Positions 47,725 to 58,083 of a DNA stretch of 64,000 bases are shown here, in pieces. Source of the stretch: Trueperaceae bacterium. GTDB taxonomy: Bacteria > Deinococcota > Deinococci > Deinococcales > Trueperaceae. Positions within the stretch are counted from its first letter, which is position 1. Every line of letters begins with the position of its first letter. A program made the translations under genes and the position numbers. The notes under the pieces are model-generated. The model saw nothing but the letters and a program-made list of their open reading frames with translations, had not been told where the DNA came from and did no database searches. Where the stretch lies: assembly GCA_965215565.1 (NCBI GenBank), contig CBDCDZ010000004.1, positions 1,728,001-1,792,000 of the forward strand, in the 5' to 3' direction.

Positions 47725-49923
47725 TCAGTCAGACGCGGTGAGATTGAGTATTGAGTCAGTATCGGTGTGGGTCAAATCGGTTTGGGGGACGGGCTCGAGC
47801 CGCGCCGCACACACCTTGAATTCGGGCATCTTGCAGTGGGGGTCTAGAACGGGATTCGTCAAACGGTTCGCCGCTTGCGCCCCTTCCCAGTGCATAGGGA
47901 TAAAGAGTACGCCAGGCTTGATCTTCTTGCTGATTTTGACCTTGAAGAGCGCGGCGGCGCGGCGCGTGCTGAGGCGGGCGTACTCGCCTTGGATGAGCTT
48001 GAGTTGCGCCGCCGTCACTGGGCTCACCTCCACCCAGGGCTCGGGGCGTTTGCTCGCTAAGAGGGGCGTGCGCCGCGTGTGGTTGCCGGTGAGGTAGTGA
48101 ACCAGTGTGCGCCCTGTCGTGAGTTGGAAGGGGTAGTCTCCGTCAGGGATTTCGTTCGGTTGTCGGTAGGGGATGACGTGGAAGGCGGCGCGTCCGTCCG
48201 CGTGGGCGAAGCGCTCGGTGAAGACGTTGGGCGTGCCGGGGTGCGAGAGGTCGGGGCAGGGCCAGAAGAGCCCGTCACCTTCGCGCAACCTCTCGTACGT
48301 GACGCCGTAATAGTCAGCGGGACCCCCTTTCGAGGCGCGCCTAAGCTCCTCGAAGATATCCTCTGGTTGAGCAGAGAGAAACTGCCGCGTATGCCCGAGC
48401 CGCTGCGCAACCTCCACGATGATGTCCAAGTCGCGCCGCGCTCCTTTGGGTGGCTCGCGCAAGGCTTCGCGCAGGACGACGCGCCCCTCTAAGTTCGTCG
48501 TCGTGCCCGTCTCTTCCGCCCACAGCGAGCCGGGCAGCACCACGTCCGCAAGCGAAGCGGTTTCTGATAAAAACGAGTCCACCACGACGAGGTGGTCCAT
48601 CTCTTTGACCCAGGCGCGCACCCTATCGGTGTCCGGGCTGCTCACCACGGGGTTCGAGCCGAGCACGAACAGCCCGCGCACCTCTTTGCGCCCAACCGCC
48701 TGCATCAGTTCAAACGCGGAGTAGCCGGGTCCGGGGAGGCTGTCTGCGTCTACGCCCCACACGCTCGCAACGTGTTCACGGGCTGCGTCATCCGCAATCG
48801 AACGGTAGCCCGGAAGCTGGTCCGCTTTCATGCCGTGTTCGCGTCCGCCTTGTCCGTTGGCTTGCCCCGTAAGCGTGCCGTAGTTCGCGCCCAACGCAAG
48901 CGAGAGGTTGATAAACGCGAGGGTGGTTTCGACACCGCGAGAGTTCTGGTCCGCTCCACGCCCCGTGAGAATCAGTGGATTCTTCGCCTCTGAGAGCAGT
49001 TTGGCAGCCTCAAAGACTTGCGGCTCCTCCAACCCGGACATCTGGATGAGGTGTTCTAGGGGAATACTTTGGAGATACTCAGCAACCTTCTCAAACCCGT
49101 TCGTCCGCGCGGAAATAAACGTCTCATCTTGCCAAGCGTTGTCCAAAACGACGCGCAAAAGCGCATTGGCGAGCGCCAAGTCGCCGCCTAAGTCCACGGG
49201 CAGATGGAGCGCGGCGAGGTTCGCCGTCGTCGTTTTGCGCGGGTCTACGACGATGAACTTTGCGCCTCTGTCCCTCGCCTCCAAAAGCGTATTCACCAAA
49301 ATCGGCAGCGTCTCCGCCGTGTTCGAGCCGATGATTAAAATCGCGTCGTGCTCGGGGATATCCGCCATCGGCATGTTGAGCCCCCGGTCCAACCCGAAAG
49401 CTTTGAGCGCACCGGACGCAGCCGCTGCCATGCAGTAGCGCCCGTTGTAGTCGATGTGCGGCGTATGAAGGGCGACTCGAGCAAACTTGCCCAAGAGGTA
49501 CGCCTTCTCCGTCGAGACCGACGCGCCCGAATAGACCGCGTTCGCCGCGTGACCGTATTTGAATTGCAAAAATTTGAAACCCGCCACGACGCGCTCCAAC
49601 GCTTCATCCCAAGGGGCAGGAACGAGTTCGCCGCCGCGACGCACTAAGGGCGTCGTCAACCTCTCGGCGTGGTCGAAAAGCTTGACGCTGTTTTGTCCCA
49701 AAACGCAGAGTTTGCCCCTGTTGATGGGGTGCTCTTGCGGCGCTACCTCAACCTCCTTCGCCCCATCCGTCAGCGTCATGCCGCACTGCACCGCGCAGTA
49801 GCAGCAGTGCGTCTTCACCGTTTGTGACGATGTTTTCGTACGCACATCTGTCTGATTGTCCTTGCGGATCGGCGCATCTGGCAAAGGGACACCAGACGCC
49901 GTCCTCGCTGCACTTTTGGGCAT
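47725..49923 (-). CDS. Assimilatory nitrate reductase catalytic subunit (molybdopterin)
   Basis: HCCYCAVQC..LC 4Fe-4S motif, NGRYCM, GQANGQGGRE, LTTGR, PEFKVCA. Confidence 0.92.
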   Translation of the reverse strand: MPKSAARTASGVPLPDAPIRKDNQTDVRTKTSSQTVKTHCCYCAVQCGMTLTDGAKEVEVAPQEHPINRGKLCVLGQNSVKLFDHAERLTTPLVRRGGELVPAPWDEALERVVAGFKFLQFKYGHAANAVYSGASVSTEKAYLLGKFARVALHTPHIDYNGRYCMAAAASGALKAFGLDRGLNMPMADIPEHDAILIIGSNTAETLPILVNTLLEARDRGAKFIVVDPRKTTTANLAALHLPVDLGGDLALANALLRVVLDNAWQDETFISARTNGFEKVAEYLQSIPLEHLIQMSGLEEPQVFEAAKLLSEAKNPLILTGRGADQNSRGVETTLAFINLSLALGANYGTLTGQANGQGGREHGMKADQLPGYRSIADDAAREHVASVWGVDADSLPGPGYSAFELMQAVGRKEVRGLFVLGSNPVVSSPDTDRVRAWVKEMDHLVVVDSFLSETASLADVVLPGSLWAEETGTTTNLEGRVVLREALREPPKGARRDLDIIVEVAQRLGHTRQFLSAQPEDIFEELRRASKGGPADYYGVTYERLREGDGLFWPCPDLSHPGTPNVFTERFAHADGRAAFHVIPYRQPNEIPDGDYPFQLTTGRTLVHYLTGNHTRRTPLLASKRPEPWVEVSPVTAAQLKLIQGEYARLSTRRAAALFKVKISKKIKPGVLFIPMHWEGAQAANRLTNPVLDPHCKMPEFKVCAARLEPVPQTDLTHTDTDSILNLTASD

Positions 49924-50012
49924 GGCGGTTGCTCCAGTACGAGGGGCTACACGACTTGGGAAGGGGACTCGTTTTTAGGGATGTGCTCGAGCGGGTCTCG
50001 AACTTGAAAAGT

Positions 50013-50064
50013 AGAATACGTAATATTTTGCAAGTTGTCAAGTGTCAATAGACGGGTTTTGACA
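50013..50064 (-). promoter_or_regulatory. Nitrate operon promoter with upstream palindrome
   Basis: Minus strand TTGACA-N17-TATTCT; IR TGTCAA-N10-TTGACA at 50043-50064. The -10 box lies at about 50005-50010. Confidence 0.5.
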
Positions 50065-50289
50065 TTCTGTAGGACGTAGCTACTCTGACGGCTCAGTTTC
50101 TTGCGAACTGTCACAACCGATAAGACCGAGAGGCAAGATTCGCCCTGACGCCGGGCAGGAACACCCCTCTCTTAATATTGAGCGAGACGAACTTCTGGAC
50201 CCCCTTACAACGAGGTCACTACCGAATGAAACATCTAGAGAACCCAGCATTTCGAACAGTTGGGCAGGGTCCCCGGGTATGATGCCCCT

Positions 50290-51297
50290 ATGAAAGTACT
50301 CATCAGCGGCGGCGCGGGCTATATCGGCAGCACTATAGCGAACGCCTTGCGCGACACTGGGCACACCCCTGTCATCCTCGACTCGCTCGTTACAGGCGCA
50401 CGGACCTTTACGCGAGATCACCTCTTCTATAGGGGTGACATCAGCGACGGAGAGGTGCTCGCCCAAATATTCAGAGACCACCCGGACATTCACGTGACGG
50501 TTCACGCCGCTGCTCTAATCGTGGTGCCCGAATCGGTGGCGCAGCCTGGGGTCTATTACAGGGAAAACGTCTGCAAATCCTTGGCGTTTTTCGAGCACCT
50601 CAATGACCTCGGCTATCCCCGCGTCGTCTTCTCCTCGTCGGCGTCTATCTACGCGCCCGTGACGGGCGATGACTACGAGGTAAACGAGGACGCCCCGCTG
50701 CAACCGGGCAGTCCTTACGCCCGCACGAAGTACATGATGGAAATGGTGCTGCGTGACCTCTGCCACGCGACGCCGCTCCGGGGCGTCGCCCTGCGCTACT
50801 TCAACCCCATCGGCTCGGACCCGGAGCTGCGCACGGGCGTCCACGTGCGCGAGCCTTCACACGTTATCGGTAAACTCGTGGATACGGCGTTAGGCAAGTT
50901 GGAGACGTTTCCCATCACCGGCGTGAACTACCCCACGAAAGACGGTAGCGGTGTGCGCGACTACCTCCACGTCTGGGACTTGGCGCTCGCCCACGTCCGG
51001 GCGGCGGAGGCGTTTGGTAAGGTGATGGACGCCGAGGGACCTTATACGGTTGTCAACGTCGGCAGGGGCGAAGGCGTCACGGTCAAAGAACTCGTCGCCA
51101 CCTTTGAAGAGGTCTGGGGAAGCCCCATCAACAAACGCGAGACGCAGGCGCGTCCGGGCGACGTGGTGGGCGCGTATGCGAGCGCGGCGCGCGCCGAAGC
51201 ACTCTTAGGGTGGAAGGCGGAGCGAAGTTTACAAGAGGGCGTCGCGAGCGCGTTAGCGTGGGGTCAAAAGCGCGAAGAGGTCTTAGGGTATCCCTGA
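50290..51297 (+). CDS. galE: UDP-glucose 4-epimerase
   Basis: GGAGYIGS, SPYARTK, LRYFNPIG, DGSGVRDYLHV; start ATG 50290. Confidence 0.92.
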   Translation: MKVLISGGAGYIGSTIANALRDTGHTPVILDSLVTGARTFTRDHLFYRGDISDGEVLAQIFRDHPDIHVTVHAAALIVVPESVAQPGVYYRENVCKSLAFFEHLNDLGYPRVVFSSSASIYAPVTGDDYEVNEDAPLQPGSPYARTKYMMEMVLRDLCHATPLRGVALRYFNPIGSDPELRTGVHVREPSHVIGKLVDTALGKLETFPITGVNYPTKDGSGVRDYLHVWDLALAHVRAAEAFGKVMDAEGPYTVVNVGRGEGVTVKELVATFEEVWGSPINKRETQARPGDVVGAYASAARAEALLGWKAERSLQEGVASALAWGQKREEVLGYP

Positions 51298-51333
51298 GCG
51301 TCAACGCCCCCCAGCACCTTTGGCGGGCACACA

Positions 51334-52011
51334 TTAGCGCAGAGCACTCCAGTGTCCTACGTAGGTACCGAGAAGGTCGACTTCGGCTAGGTCAGTTAGC
51401 TCGAGCACCCGCTCATCTGACGGCGCAAAAGGACGCAAAAAGAGCGGCGCGTCTCCGACTGGATACCTAAAGATGAGAAGCTGAGCCTCGCCCCGGAGCG
51501 TTCTCGTCCCGACGACGATGTCGCGCGGTTGCAGCGGGGCGTTTACACTTTCCCTCTTTATGATGTTGATAACGACGAGCGCGTCCGGGGACAGCGCGTA
51601 GCGCAGGCGGTCTGTGGCGAAGGTTCGCTCGGACAGCTCGAGCGCCCGTAAATCCTCCCGCTGGTATCCTCCGAATAGAGAGGCTGGCAGCGACACCGAA
51701 CCCAGCGCATTCAACTCAGCGCTGAGCGTCTTGACGGAGACCACCTCCCGCTCAGCGTCGCCAGGATCGTTCTCGCTCAAGACGCCGTAGAATACGGCGG
51801 GCTCCATGTCGAGTAGCGTCCGCAAGCTCTCCAGACGGTCGAAGCTGAGCTGCCCTACCCCGTAATCGTTCGACTCGATCTTCTGCACCATCGACGGGCT
51901 CACGCCCCACAGCTCCGCGAAGCGCTTTTGCGTCACGCCCAAGTAGGCGCGCCAGCGCTTGACCCAGAAGGGAAAGGTCTCGGTTTGGGAGGCGCGGTTG
52001 CCCAGAGCCAT
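51334..52011 (-). CDS. XRE-family HTH regulator with degenerate S24-like C-domain
   Basis: LGVTQKRFAELWGVSPSMVQKIE helix-turn-helix. Confidence 0.78.
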   Translation of the reverse strand: MALGNRASQTETFPFWVKRWRAYLGVTQKRFAELWGVSPSMVQKIESNDYGVGQLSFDRLESLRTLLDMEPAVFYGVLSENDPGDAEREVVSVKTLSAELNALGSVSLPASLFGGYQREDLRALELSERTFATDRLRYALSPDALVVINIIKRESVNAPLQPRDIVVGTRTLRGEAQLLIFRYPVGDAPLFLRPFAPSDERVLELTDLAEVDLLGTYVGHWSALR

Positions 52012-52267
52012 AAGAAAATACCACCGTCACGTTAAGACCGTTACGTCAAGAGATACCTTTACAGCGTAACGGCTTTTCGGGGGGAAGACAAGAGGTGCGG
52101 TAGGGCAAATGGCGCAGAACGCCCGCCATAAAACGCCTGTTGTAGAGCGTTGAGAGGGGGAAGAACAGAGAAGAGTCTTTTTTACTGCTCAACCTCTTCA
52201 CCACACGATCATCTGGCAAGGGTCCTAAGTCGAATGCCGCTGTGTGCTTCTTCTACCCATGTGACGT

Positions 52268-52291
52268 AACAAGGGGTTTCAACCCCTTGTT
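52268..52291. repeat. REP-like perfect hairpin
   Basis: AACAAGGGGTT-TC-AACCCCTTGTT. Confidence 0.6.
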
Positions 52292-52379
52292 TTGACACCC
52301 GTGTCATTCCAGATAGAGCGACTACCTTCTATTCTTTTCACATGGTATCTTCGTCGGTCGACTTATGCGCCCAACACGT

Positions 52380-53309
52380 TCAGCTCATGAGGACGACGAC
52401 GGACGATACCCTGCCCTTAGTAAAGACGGGGATGCCGACGGCGGTTTCTAGACCCATGTTAGCGGCGAGACGGTAGTGTGGCAGCTTAGCGTCCGCTAAG
52501 TGATGAAGCACCGGAGAGCGCTCCGCGTAGACCTCGCCGGGAAGGTCTTGACTTTGGACTGACGCGCGACTCGAGCGCTCTAACGCACCATGCTCCCCGT
52601 AGTAGCCCGCGCTCAGGCTGAAGGCGCGTCCGTCGGGCTCCCAGATTTCGATCACTTGCGCTAGCGGGTTCGCGCGTGAGGTGAGGAGCAACACGGCGCT
52701 CTTAGCGGTGTCGCCCTCGAGCACCGGCAACCCTAAGCCCGCGCTCAGCCCCGCTTTCGCTGCCGCTTCAGCGCGCACAAAACCGCCGTCACGACTTAAA
52801 CCGTTAAACAGTACCGGACGCCGCGCGTCGAAGGCCTGCCCCGGCAACCCCTCCAAGACCGAGAAGCGCGTCTGCCAACTCAGCCGCTCGAACTCGCACA
52901 GACCGCCGTAGAAGCCCGCGCTCAGGGCAAGCTTGCCGACCGCGTCGGGAGACCAGATTTCGAAGACGCTAGAGCGCGTCTCCGAGGTTGCAAAGAGCAA
53001 GGTGACCACCGCCTCCACCTCGCCTCTCGGCATGATAGGCAGCCCGATGCCCGCCGTGAAGCCCGCCTCTTGCGCCGCCTCGGAGCGCACGAACCCGTCC
53101 GCCGCGCCCAGCTTCGTGAAAATCTGCGGCGCTCGGCTCGCCCAGACCTGACCGGGCAAGCCTTCAGAGGGTGCAAACGTCATACCGAGGCTCGCCCGCT
53201 CGAACGAGGCGTGAGGTCCGTACGCGCCGCGCTTTAGCGCTAGACACCCCGCCCCGTTCGGCGTCCAAATCTCAACCGCTTGCATGAGGCTTTTAAGCGC
53301 CGTTTTCAT
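52380..53309 (-). CDS. Tandem GAF-domain protein
   Basis: Three repeats EIW(T/S/E)P...LPG(Q/E)...G(L/I)P(I/V); start ATG 53309. Confidence 0.78.
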   Translation of the reverse strand: MKTALKSLMQAVEIWTPNGAGCLALKRGAYGPHASFERASLGMTFAPSEGLPGQVWASRAPQIFTKLGAADGFVRSEAAQEAGFTAGIGLPIMPRGEVEAVVTLLFATSETRSSVFEIWSPDAVGKLALSAGFYGGLCEFERLSWQTRFSVLEGLPGQAFDARRPVLFNGLSRDGGFVRAEAAAKAGLSAGLGLPVLEGDTAKSAVLLLTSRANPLAQVIEIWEPDGRAFSLSAGYYGEHGALERSSRASVQSQDLPGEVYAERSPVLHHLADAKLPHYRLAANMGLETAVGIPVFTKGRVSSVVVLMS

Positions 53310-53442
53310 CTCTAAACAATATAGGGAATAGACGCTAGCGTCAACGCGCAAGTTGCCGACAAGCCGTTTGCTGAAGAACGCTCAGCAAGTTTTTCAACAT
53401 TACGTTCAAAACGTTGCCCTCAATTTAGCAACTTACTAGCTT

Positions 53443-53895
53443 TTACTTTGACGCTACTCGAGGGCGCAGCCGAGCTGCAACATCGTTCATTGCCGCTTCG
53501 CTCACTCGTTCTTCTGCTGACCCCGAGTACCCAAACACTCCTGTCGCACGGTATTCGGCAGGCATGTCCGCCATGCGCGGGACTACGTGAAAATGCACGT
53601 GCGGATGCTCGGGGTGCTCGGCGAACTGAATCGCGTAGGTCTTCTCGCAACCGACGACCTCTTTGAGCGCGCGGGAGCTTCTGCGCAGCAAGGAGCCAAG
53701 CTCTATAGCCTCTTCTTCTGTGAATTCATCGATCGACGAGAGGTGGCGTCGCACCACCAGCACGAGCCAACCGAGTAGAGAGGTGTCGTAGTTGTGAACC
53801 ACATCCCAGAAAGGCGTGCGCAAAATTTCGTCCCACGGGGGCGCATCGCCGCTGTCTCTGCGCGCGATAAGCTCACAAGTTTTGCAGCCTTGCAT
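53443..53895 (-). CDS. HIT family protein
   Basis: CKTC and HVHFHVVPR. Confidence 0.88.
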   Translation of the reverse strand: MQGCKTCELIARRDSGDAPPWDEILRTPFWDVVHNYDTSLLGWLVLVVRRHLSSIDEFTEEEAIELGSLLRRSSRALKEVVGCEKTYAIQFAEHPEHPHVHFHVVPRMADMPAEYRATGVFGYSGSAEERVSEAAMNDVAARLRPRVASK

Positions 53896-53941
53896 TCAAA
53901 CCTCCTGATGGCGCGAAAGGACGACGCCGGGTACGTGCTCT

Positions 53942-53981
53942 GTAGGGGCAATTCATACGGCAATGCACATGTACCCCCTAC
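53942..53981. repeat. GTAG REP, degenerate or composite
   Basis: GTAGGGGCAATTCAT...GTACCCCCTAC. Confidence 0.55.
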
Positions 53982-54008
53982 GCCGTGCCGCGAGCCTAGC
54001 CCGTTAGT

Positions 54009-55394
54009 TCAGCGCCCCACCATCTGCTCCGGCACCACCATCTCGTCGAACTGTTCTTCTGTAAGGATATCCAACTCCACTGCCGCCTCTTTCAAGGTCA
54101 ACCCCTGCGCGTGCGCCGTCTTAGCAATTTTGGCGGCTTTGTCGTAGCCGATGTGGTTGTTCAAAGCCGTCACGAGCATGAGCGAGTTGTTGAGGTGTGA
54201 CTCTATGCGCCCTTCATTCGGCTCGATGCCCACCGCGCAGTTGTCATTGAACGATTGACAGGCGTCTCCTAGAAGCTGCGCCGAGGTGAGCAGGTTATAG
54301 ATCATCACGGGCTTAAAGACGTTGAGCTGAAAGTGCCCCTGCATTCCGCCGACAGTAATCGCTGTGTCGTTGCCGATGACCTGCGCGCAGACCATCGTCA
54401 TCGCTTCGGCTTGGGTCGGGTTGACCTTGCCCGGCATGATAGACGAGCCGGGCTCGTTTTCGGGAATGAGGATTTCGCCAATACCGCAACGGGGACCGGA
54501 GGCTAAGAGGCGGACGTTGTTCGCAATCGTCATGAGGCTCGCCGCCAAGCGTTTGAGCGCCCCGGACGCTTCCACCACCGCGTCATGCGCGGAGAGCGCT
54601 TCGAACTTGTTCTCCGCCGTCACGAAAGGATACCCGGTCTCCTCGGCAATCTTCTCAGCAACCCGCTCCGCGAAGCCTTCTGGCGTATTGAGACCCGTGC
54701 CGACAGCGGTGCCGCCCAGCGCCAACTCGCGCAGGTGCTCTAAGCTGTTCTCCACCGCCTCCATCCCCTTGCGAAGCTGCGCGGCGTAGCCCGACAGCTC
54801 CTGACCGAGCGTTACGGGCGTCGCGTCCATGAGGTGCGTGCGCCCGATTTTGACCACGTCCATATACTGCTCGGACTTATCACGGAAGGTGCCCTCGAGC
54901 GTCAAGACTTTAGGCAGCATCCCCTCGACTAACGCGGTGTACGCCGCGATGTGCATGGCGGTAGGAAAGGTGTCGTTCGACGACTGCGACTTGTTCACGT
55001 CGTCGTTGGGGTGAACGGGCGTCTTGCTACCCAACTCGCCGCCCCTAATTTCAATAGCCCGGTTCGCGACGACTTCGTTTACGTTCATGTTCGACTGCGT
55101 GCCCGAGCCCGTCTGCCACACGACGAGCGGGAAATGTTCGTCGAGCTTGCCCGCCGAGGTTTCGTCGCAGACCTGCGCGATGAGGTCGGCTTTTTCTTGC
55201 GGAAAGTCGGTCAGTTCGGCGTTGGTTAAGGCGGCGGCTTTTTTCAGCACGGCGAAGGCGCGGATGACCTCTAAAGGCATCGTCTGTCCGCCGATTTTGA
55301 AGTTTTCTAAGGAGCGTTGGGTTTGTGCACCCCAATATTTATTACTCGGAACGTCAATCTCACCCATCGTGTCTTTTTCAGTTCGGTAGTCCAT
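54009..55394 (-). CDS. fumC: Class II fumarate hydratase
   Basis: [35 protein letters not shown]. Confidence 0.97.
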   Translation of the reverse strand: MDYRTEKDTMGEIDVPSNKYWGAQTQRSLENFKIGGQTMPLEVIRAFAVLKKAAALTNAELTDFPQEKADLIAQVCDETSAGKLDEHFPLVVWQTGSGTQSNMNVNEVVANRAIEIRGGELGSKTPVHPNDDVNKSQSSNDTFPTAMHIAAYTALVEGMLPKVLTLEGTFRDKSEQYMDVVKIGRTHLMDATPVTLGQELSGYAAQLRKGMEAVENSLEHLRELALGGTAVGTGLNTPEGFAERVAEKIAEETGYPFVTAENKFEALSAHDAVVEASGALKRLAASLMTIANNVRLLASGPRCGIGEILIPENEPGSSIMPGKVNPTQAEAMTMVCAQVIGNDTAITVGGMQGHFQLNVFKPVMIYNLLTSAQLLGDACQSFNDNCAVGIEPNEGRIESHLNNSLMLVTALNNHIGYDKAAKIAKTAHAQGLTLKEAAVELDILTEEQFDEMVVPEQMVGR

Positions 55395-55509
55395 TGTTCC
55401 TCCGTGTTAGACCATATCTCAAAGTGTTGTATGGAACAGGTAGCTACGCTGATAGGTCATACTCAGAGAGGTTTGAGGAGCCTCAAGCTGACACCTCCCT
55501 GACCCTCAC

Positions 55510-55539
55510 TTGACATGCTAGAACGCAAGTTCATATGAT
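55510..55539 (+). promoter_or_regulatory. Promoter of the Ugp-like ABC operon
   Basis: TTGACA-N18-TATGAT. Confidence 0.6.
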
Positions 55540-55572
55540 ATGTTCACAGTCCAATCAAAGGAGAATAATCTG

Positions 55573-56866
55573 ATGAAGCGTCCTTTAACCGTCGTGCTGG
55601 TATCTCTTCTTGCCGCGCTCAGCTTCGCGAGCGCTCAGACCACTATCGAATTCTGGCACGCCTTTGGCGACGAAGCGCGCAGCGGCTGGATCGAGCGAGC
55701 GCGCCGCCGAGTGGAGCGAGCAGAATCCCGAATTCAACGTCGTAGTCGAGAGCAAAGCCTCCTACCGCGAAACCTTGGACGGCGCAGTTTTAGCCGCGCG
55801 GCAGGGCGAGCCACCCCACGTCGTGCAAGTCTTCGAGGTCGGTAGCCAGATTGCGGTCGACTCCGGGCTGTTCGAGCCAGTCGGACAAATCGGTGACTTC
55901 AGCACCGACGATTACATTCAACCTGTGCTGAACTACTACACGATTGACGGCACGGTCAACTCGATTCCTTTCAACTCGTCGAACCCGATTCTCTACATGA
56001 ACGAAGACTTGATGAACGAGGCGGGGCTCGACCTAGAGAACCCGCCGCAGACGTACGGTGAAGTCTTGGAGGCGTGTCAAACGGCGGAAGAGGCGGGCGT
56101 CAGCGCGAACTGCATCGGCTTTAACCTTCACTCCTGGTTCTTCGAGCAGTGGATGGCGCAGCAAGGCGCACTTTTAGCGAACAACAACAACGGGCGCGAC
56201 GGGCGAGCCACCGAAGTTTTGCTGACGAGCGACGCGGCTAAAAACATCGCGAGTTGGATTAAAGAACTCAATGACAACGACTACTACACCTACACGGGCG
56301 TACTGGAAGATTGGTCGGGCAGCGACGCGATTTTCACCGAGGGCAACGCGATGTTTCACATCACCTCGACGGCGGATATCGGCAACATCGTGAGCGCGGC
56401 GGGCGATTCGTTCACCGTTGGCACGGGGCTCTTGCCTATCGCGGACGACGCGGAGCGCACGGGCGTCATCGTCGGCGGGGCAAGCGTGTGGATCATGCAA
56501 GACCACCCGGAAGAGGAACTCGAGGCTGCTAGAGACTTCGTGCTGTACATGACCAACACCGAAAACATGGAGAGCTGGCACAAGCTGACGGGCTACTTCC
56601 CGGTGCGCACCTCGTCGGTGGAGGCGTTAGAGTCCGAGAACTGGTTCGACGATAACCCGCGCTTCGAGGTGGCGTTTGACCAGCTCGAGAACACCGAGAC
56701 CGTTCCCGCCACGGCGGGCGCACTCATGGGACCCTTCCCCGAAATCCGCACCATCATCGAAGAAGCGATTCAGAAGGTCTTAAACGGTCAAGAGGTGGAC
56801 GCGGCGTTAGAAGAGGCGAAGCGTCTAGCGGATAATGCTCTGGAGCAGTACAACAGCAATTTCTGA
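55573..56866 (+). pseudogene. UgpB-like ABC substrate-binding protein with +1 frameshift near 55695
   Basis: Signal peptide MKRPLTVVLVSLLAALSFASAQTTIEFWHA in one frame, body (PFNSSNPILY, GGASVW, TGYFP) in another; span 1294 nt = 3n+1. Confidence 0.82.
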
Positions 56867-56899
56867 GTAGCGAGCCACTACAAAATGATGCAGCGCTGT

Positions 56900-56928
56900 G
56901 TAGGGGTGGGTTTGAAATCCACCCCTAC
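56900..56928. repeat. GTAG REP
   Basis: GTAGGGGTGGGTTTGAAATCCACCCCTAC. Confidence 0.8.
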
Positions 56929-57056
56929 GCCGCCGTAAAGCGTATCTTAACGGTCATTACAGCCCAACCGTGTTGAGGTTGGACTATTCAAGTTGCACCT
57001 CGAGACAACGTTCATATTTTTTGGCTTTTGGTGAAGGCACGCTCTAATCTAATGTC

Positions 57057-57129
57057 TGCAGGAATCATCGCTTTAGAACGTCCAAATTGGCGCTTTCTAC
57101 ACGGAGGGCTACAACTAGATGATACCTGT
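57057..57129 (-). mobile_element. MITE family A, degenerate copy adjoining the permease RBS
   Basis: GCAGGAATCATC...AGATGATACCTG. Confidence 0.5.
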
Positions 57130-57140
57130 TTGGAGGTTTC

Positions 57141-58070
57141 ATGCAGGAAAATCCTGTGTTCAAAAGCTCGAGGACAGCTTGGCTGCTCCTCGCACCGTCG
57201 CTCGTCATCCTGACGCTTTTCCTCTACTACCCTGCGCTCCAGTCGTTTGTGATTAGCCTCTATAGAAGCAACCTGATTTTGGGCACGCGCCGTTTCATCG
57301 GTCTGGAGAACTTTCAGGCGCTCTTTGCGGGTCCGCTCGCGCCGATGTACCGCCAAGTGATCGTTCAGAGCCTCCTCTTTAGCGTCGCGGTAGTAGGGCT
57401 CGGTCTCAGTGTAAGCCTTGCATTGTCGGTTCTCGCGAATCAAAACGTGAGTGGCGCTCGCGTGTACCGCCTGCTCCTTATCTGGCCCTTCGCGCTCTCC
57501 CCTGCTGTCGCAGGCACTATTTTCTCGTTTCTTTTCAACCCCGAAGTGGGCGCGGTCAATCAGCTTTTAGACGCGACATTAGGCATCAAACCGCGCTGGC
57601 TCGACACGCCCGTGTTGGCGTTCGGTCTGGTCGTGCTCGCTTCGATCTGGAAGAACATCGGTTATAACATCGTCTTCTATCTGGCGGCGCTGCAAAACAT
57701 CCCCGGCAGCCTCACTGAAGCCGCCGAAATCGACGGCGCGAACGCTTGGCAGCGCTTCTGGTCCATCACCTTCCCGCTCTTGAGCCCGATGACCTTCTTT
57801 CTGGTCTTTACGAACCTCACCTATAGTTTTTTCGAAACGTTCGGACTCATCGATATTTTGACGCGGGGCGGTCCCGTCGGACCCGAACCTTTAGACAACG
57901 CGGGGCTCACCACGACGATGATCTACAGGCTCTACCAGGACGGTTTCGGCGGCAACGGCAACTTGGGCTTCGCGGCGGCGCAAGGGGTGGTGCTTCTGAT
58001 GACGGTGGCAGCCGTCACCGTTTTGCAGTTCCGCTACGGCAGCCGCAACGTGCAGTACGGCGGCAACTAA
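57141..58070 (+). CDS. Carbohydrate ABC permease (UgpA-like)
   Basis: EAAEIDGANAWQRFWSITFPLLSP EAA motif. Confidence 0.9.
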   Translation: MQENPVFKSSRTAWLLLAPSLVILTLFLYYPALQSFVISLYRSNLILGTRRFIGLENFQALFAGPLAPMYRQVIVQSLLFSVAVVGLGLSVSLALSVLANQNVSGARVYRLLLIWPFALSPAVAGTIFSFLFNPEVGAVNQLLDATLGIKPRWLDTPVLAFGLVVLASIWKNIGYNIVFYLAALQNIPGSLTEAAEIDGANAWQRFWSITFPLLSPMTFFLVFTNLTYSFFETFGLIDILTRGGPVGPEPLDNAGLTTTMIYRLYQDGFGGNGNLGFAAAQGVVLLMTVAAVTVLQFRYGSRNVQYGGN

Positions 58071-58083
58071 TGGGAGGTAACTG

